From: Squalus acanthias
Lineage: Eukaryota
Direction: 5' to 3'
Assembly (NCBI GenBank): GCA_030390025.1
Contig: JASTWF010000368.1
Location: 1 to 64,000, forward strand
DNA: 64,000 nucleotides
Part shown: positions 63,346 through 64,000 of the stretch, piece by piece
How the letters are laid out: each line of letters opens with the position of its first letter
Position numbering within the stretch: the first letter of the stretch is position 1
Notes under the pieces: model-generated
Database searches by the model: none
Told to the model about the DNA's origin: nothing
What the model saw: the letters and a program-made list of their open reading frames with translations, nothing else
Translations under genes and position numbers: made by a program

Positions 63346-64000
63346 AGACGCCCTCAGCTGTCCAATCCGAATTCCATGTAATTCTTCACTTAAACTTCAA
63401 TTTCAATTCCTCTAACAGGTACCAGTGTGTTAGCTCTATTCTGATTGTTTCATTAATTAGATAGTTTCTCGGAGGAGTATGTGTCTCCAAGAGAAATCTA
63501 TCAATTTACTATTCGTAACTACACTTTTCTGACTTTCACTAGAAAGCTAGGAAAATTCTCAATTGGTGGTGTAATTTTCCTCTTTCTATCTTACACCCTC
63601 AATCACTTCCTCTCTCCATTTTACACATCCCATTAATTACCATTCATATCTCATTCATGAGTCCTGGAGGAACTTTACTGTCCAGTACAATATTTAAGAT
63701 AGAAAACCTAGCTCAAACGTTCTCACTTGGTCCAAGTTATTAACACTTCTTATTTATCATTATTTTAGAGGATCTTTTATTTTCCCAAAAGTAACCCAAT
63801 ATATAGTGCCTGAGTCCATTTTGTCATTTCAAAAATTATCCCAAAATCCAAACAGCAGTACTGTTGAACTGATAGGTTTTGTCAATGTTCAATTTCATTT
63901 CTATCAATTTATCTTATCAATTCCAATTTCAGAAACAAGTGATTCCCAGGCTGGGTGGTTTACACAGTGTTTTAACATTAGAGACAGAAGTGCTACAATT

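Overview
Vertebrate genomic DNA, most likely from a shark or other cartilaginous fish (inferred from its repeat repertoire). About 60% of the window is one ~38 kb satellite array of a 49/51-bp unit (13702-51898). This array ends ~3.1 kb upstream of the only confidently identified host gene segment, the first coding exon of P2RX3 (55032-55150, +). P2RX3 intron 1 carries a decayed antisense endogenous retrovirus. It has a 3' LTR and PPT, an integrase, a stub of RT fused to the integrase by an internal deletion, and an env resembling paramyxo/pneumovirus F-type fusogens, i.e. lokiretrovirus-like. The provirus is riddled with younger insertions. Three Penelope-like insertions with inverted termini carry six minimal hammerhead ribozyme motifs. 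The rest is CR1/L2 LINE fragments, MITE-like elements, minisatellites and long CT/GA tracts. Nearly all long ORFs in the supplied track are repeat artefacts.
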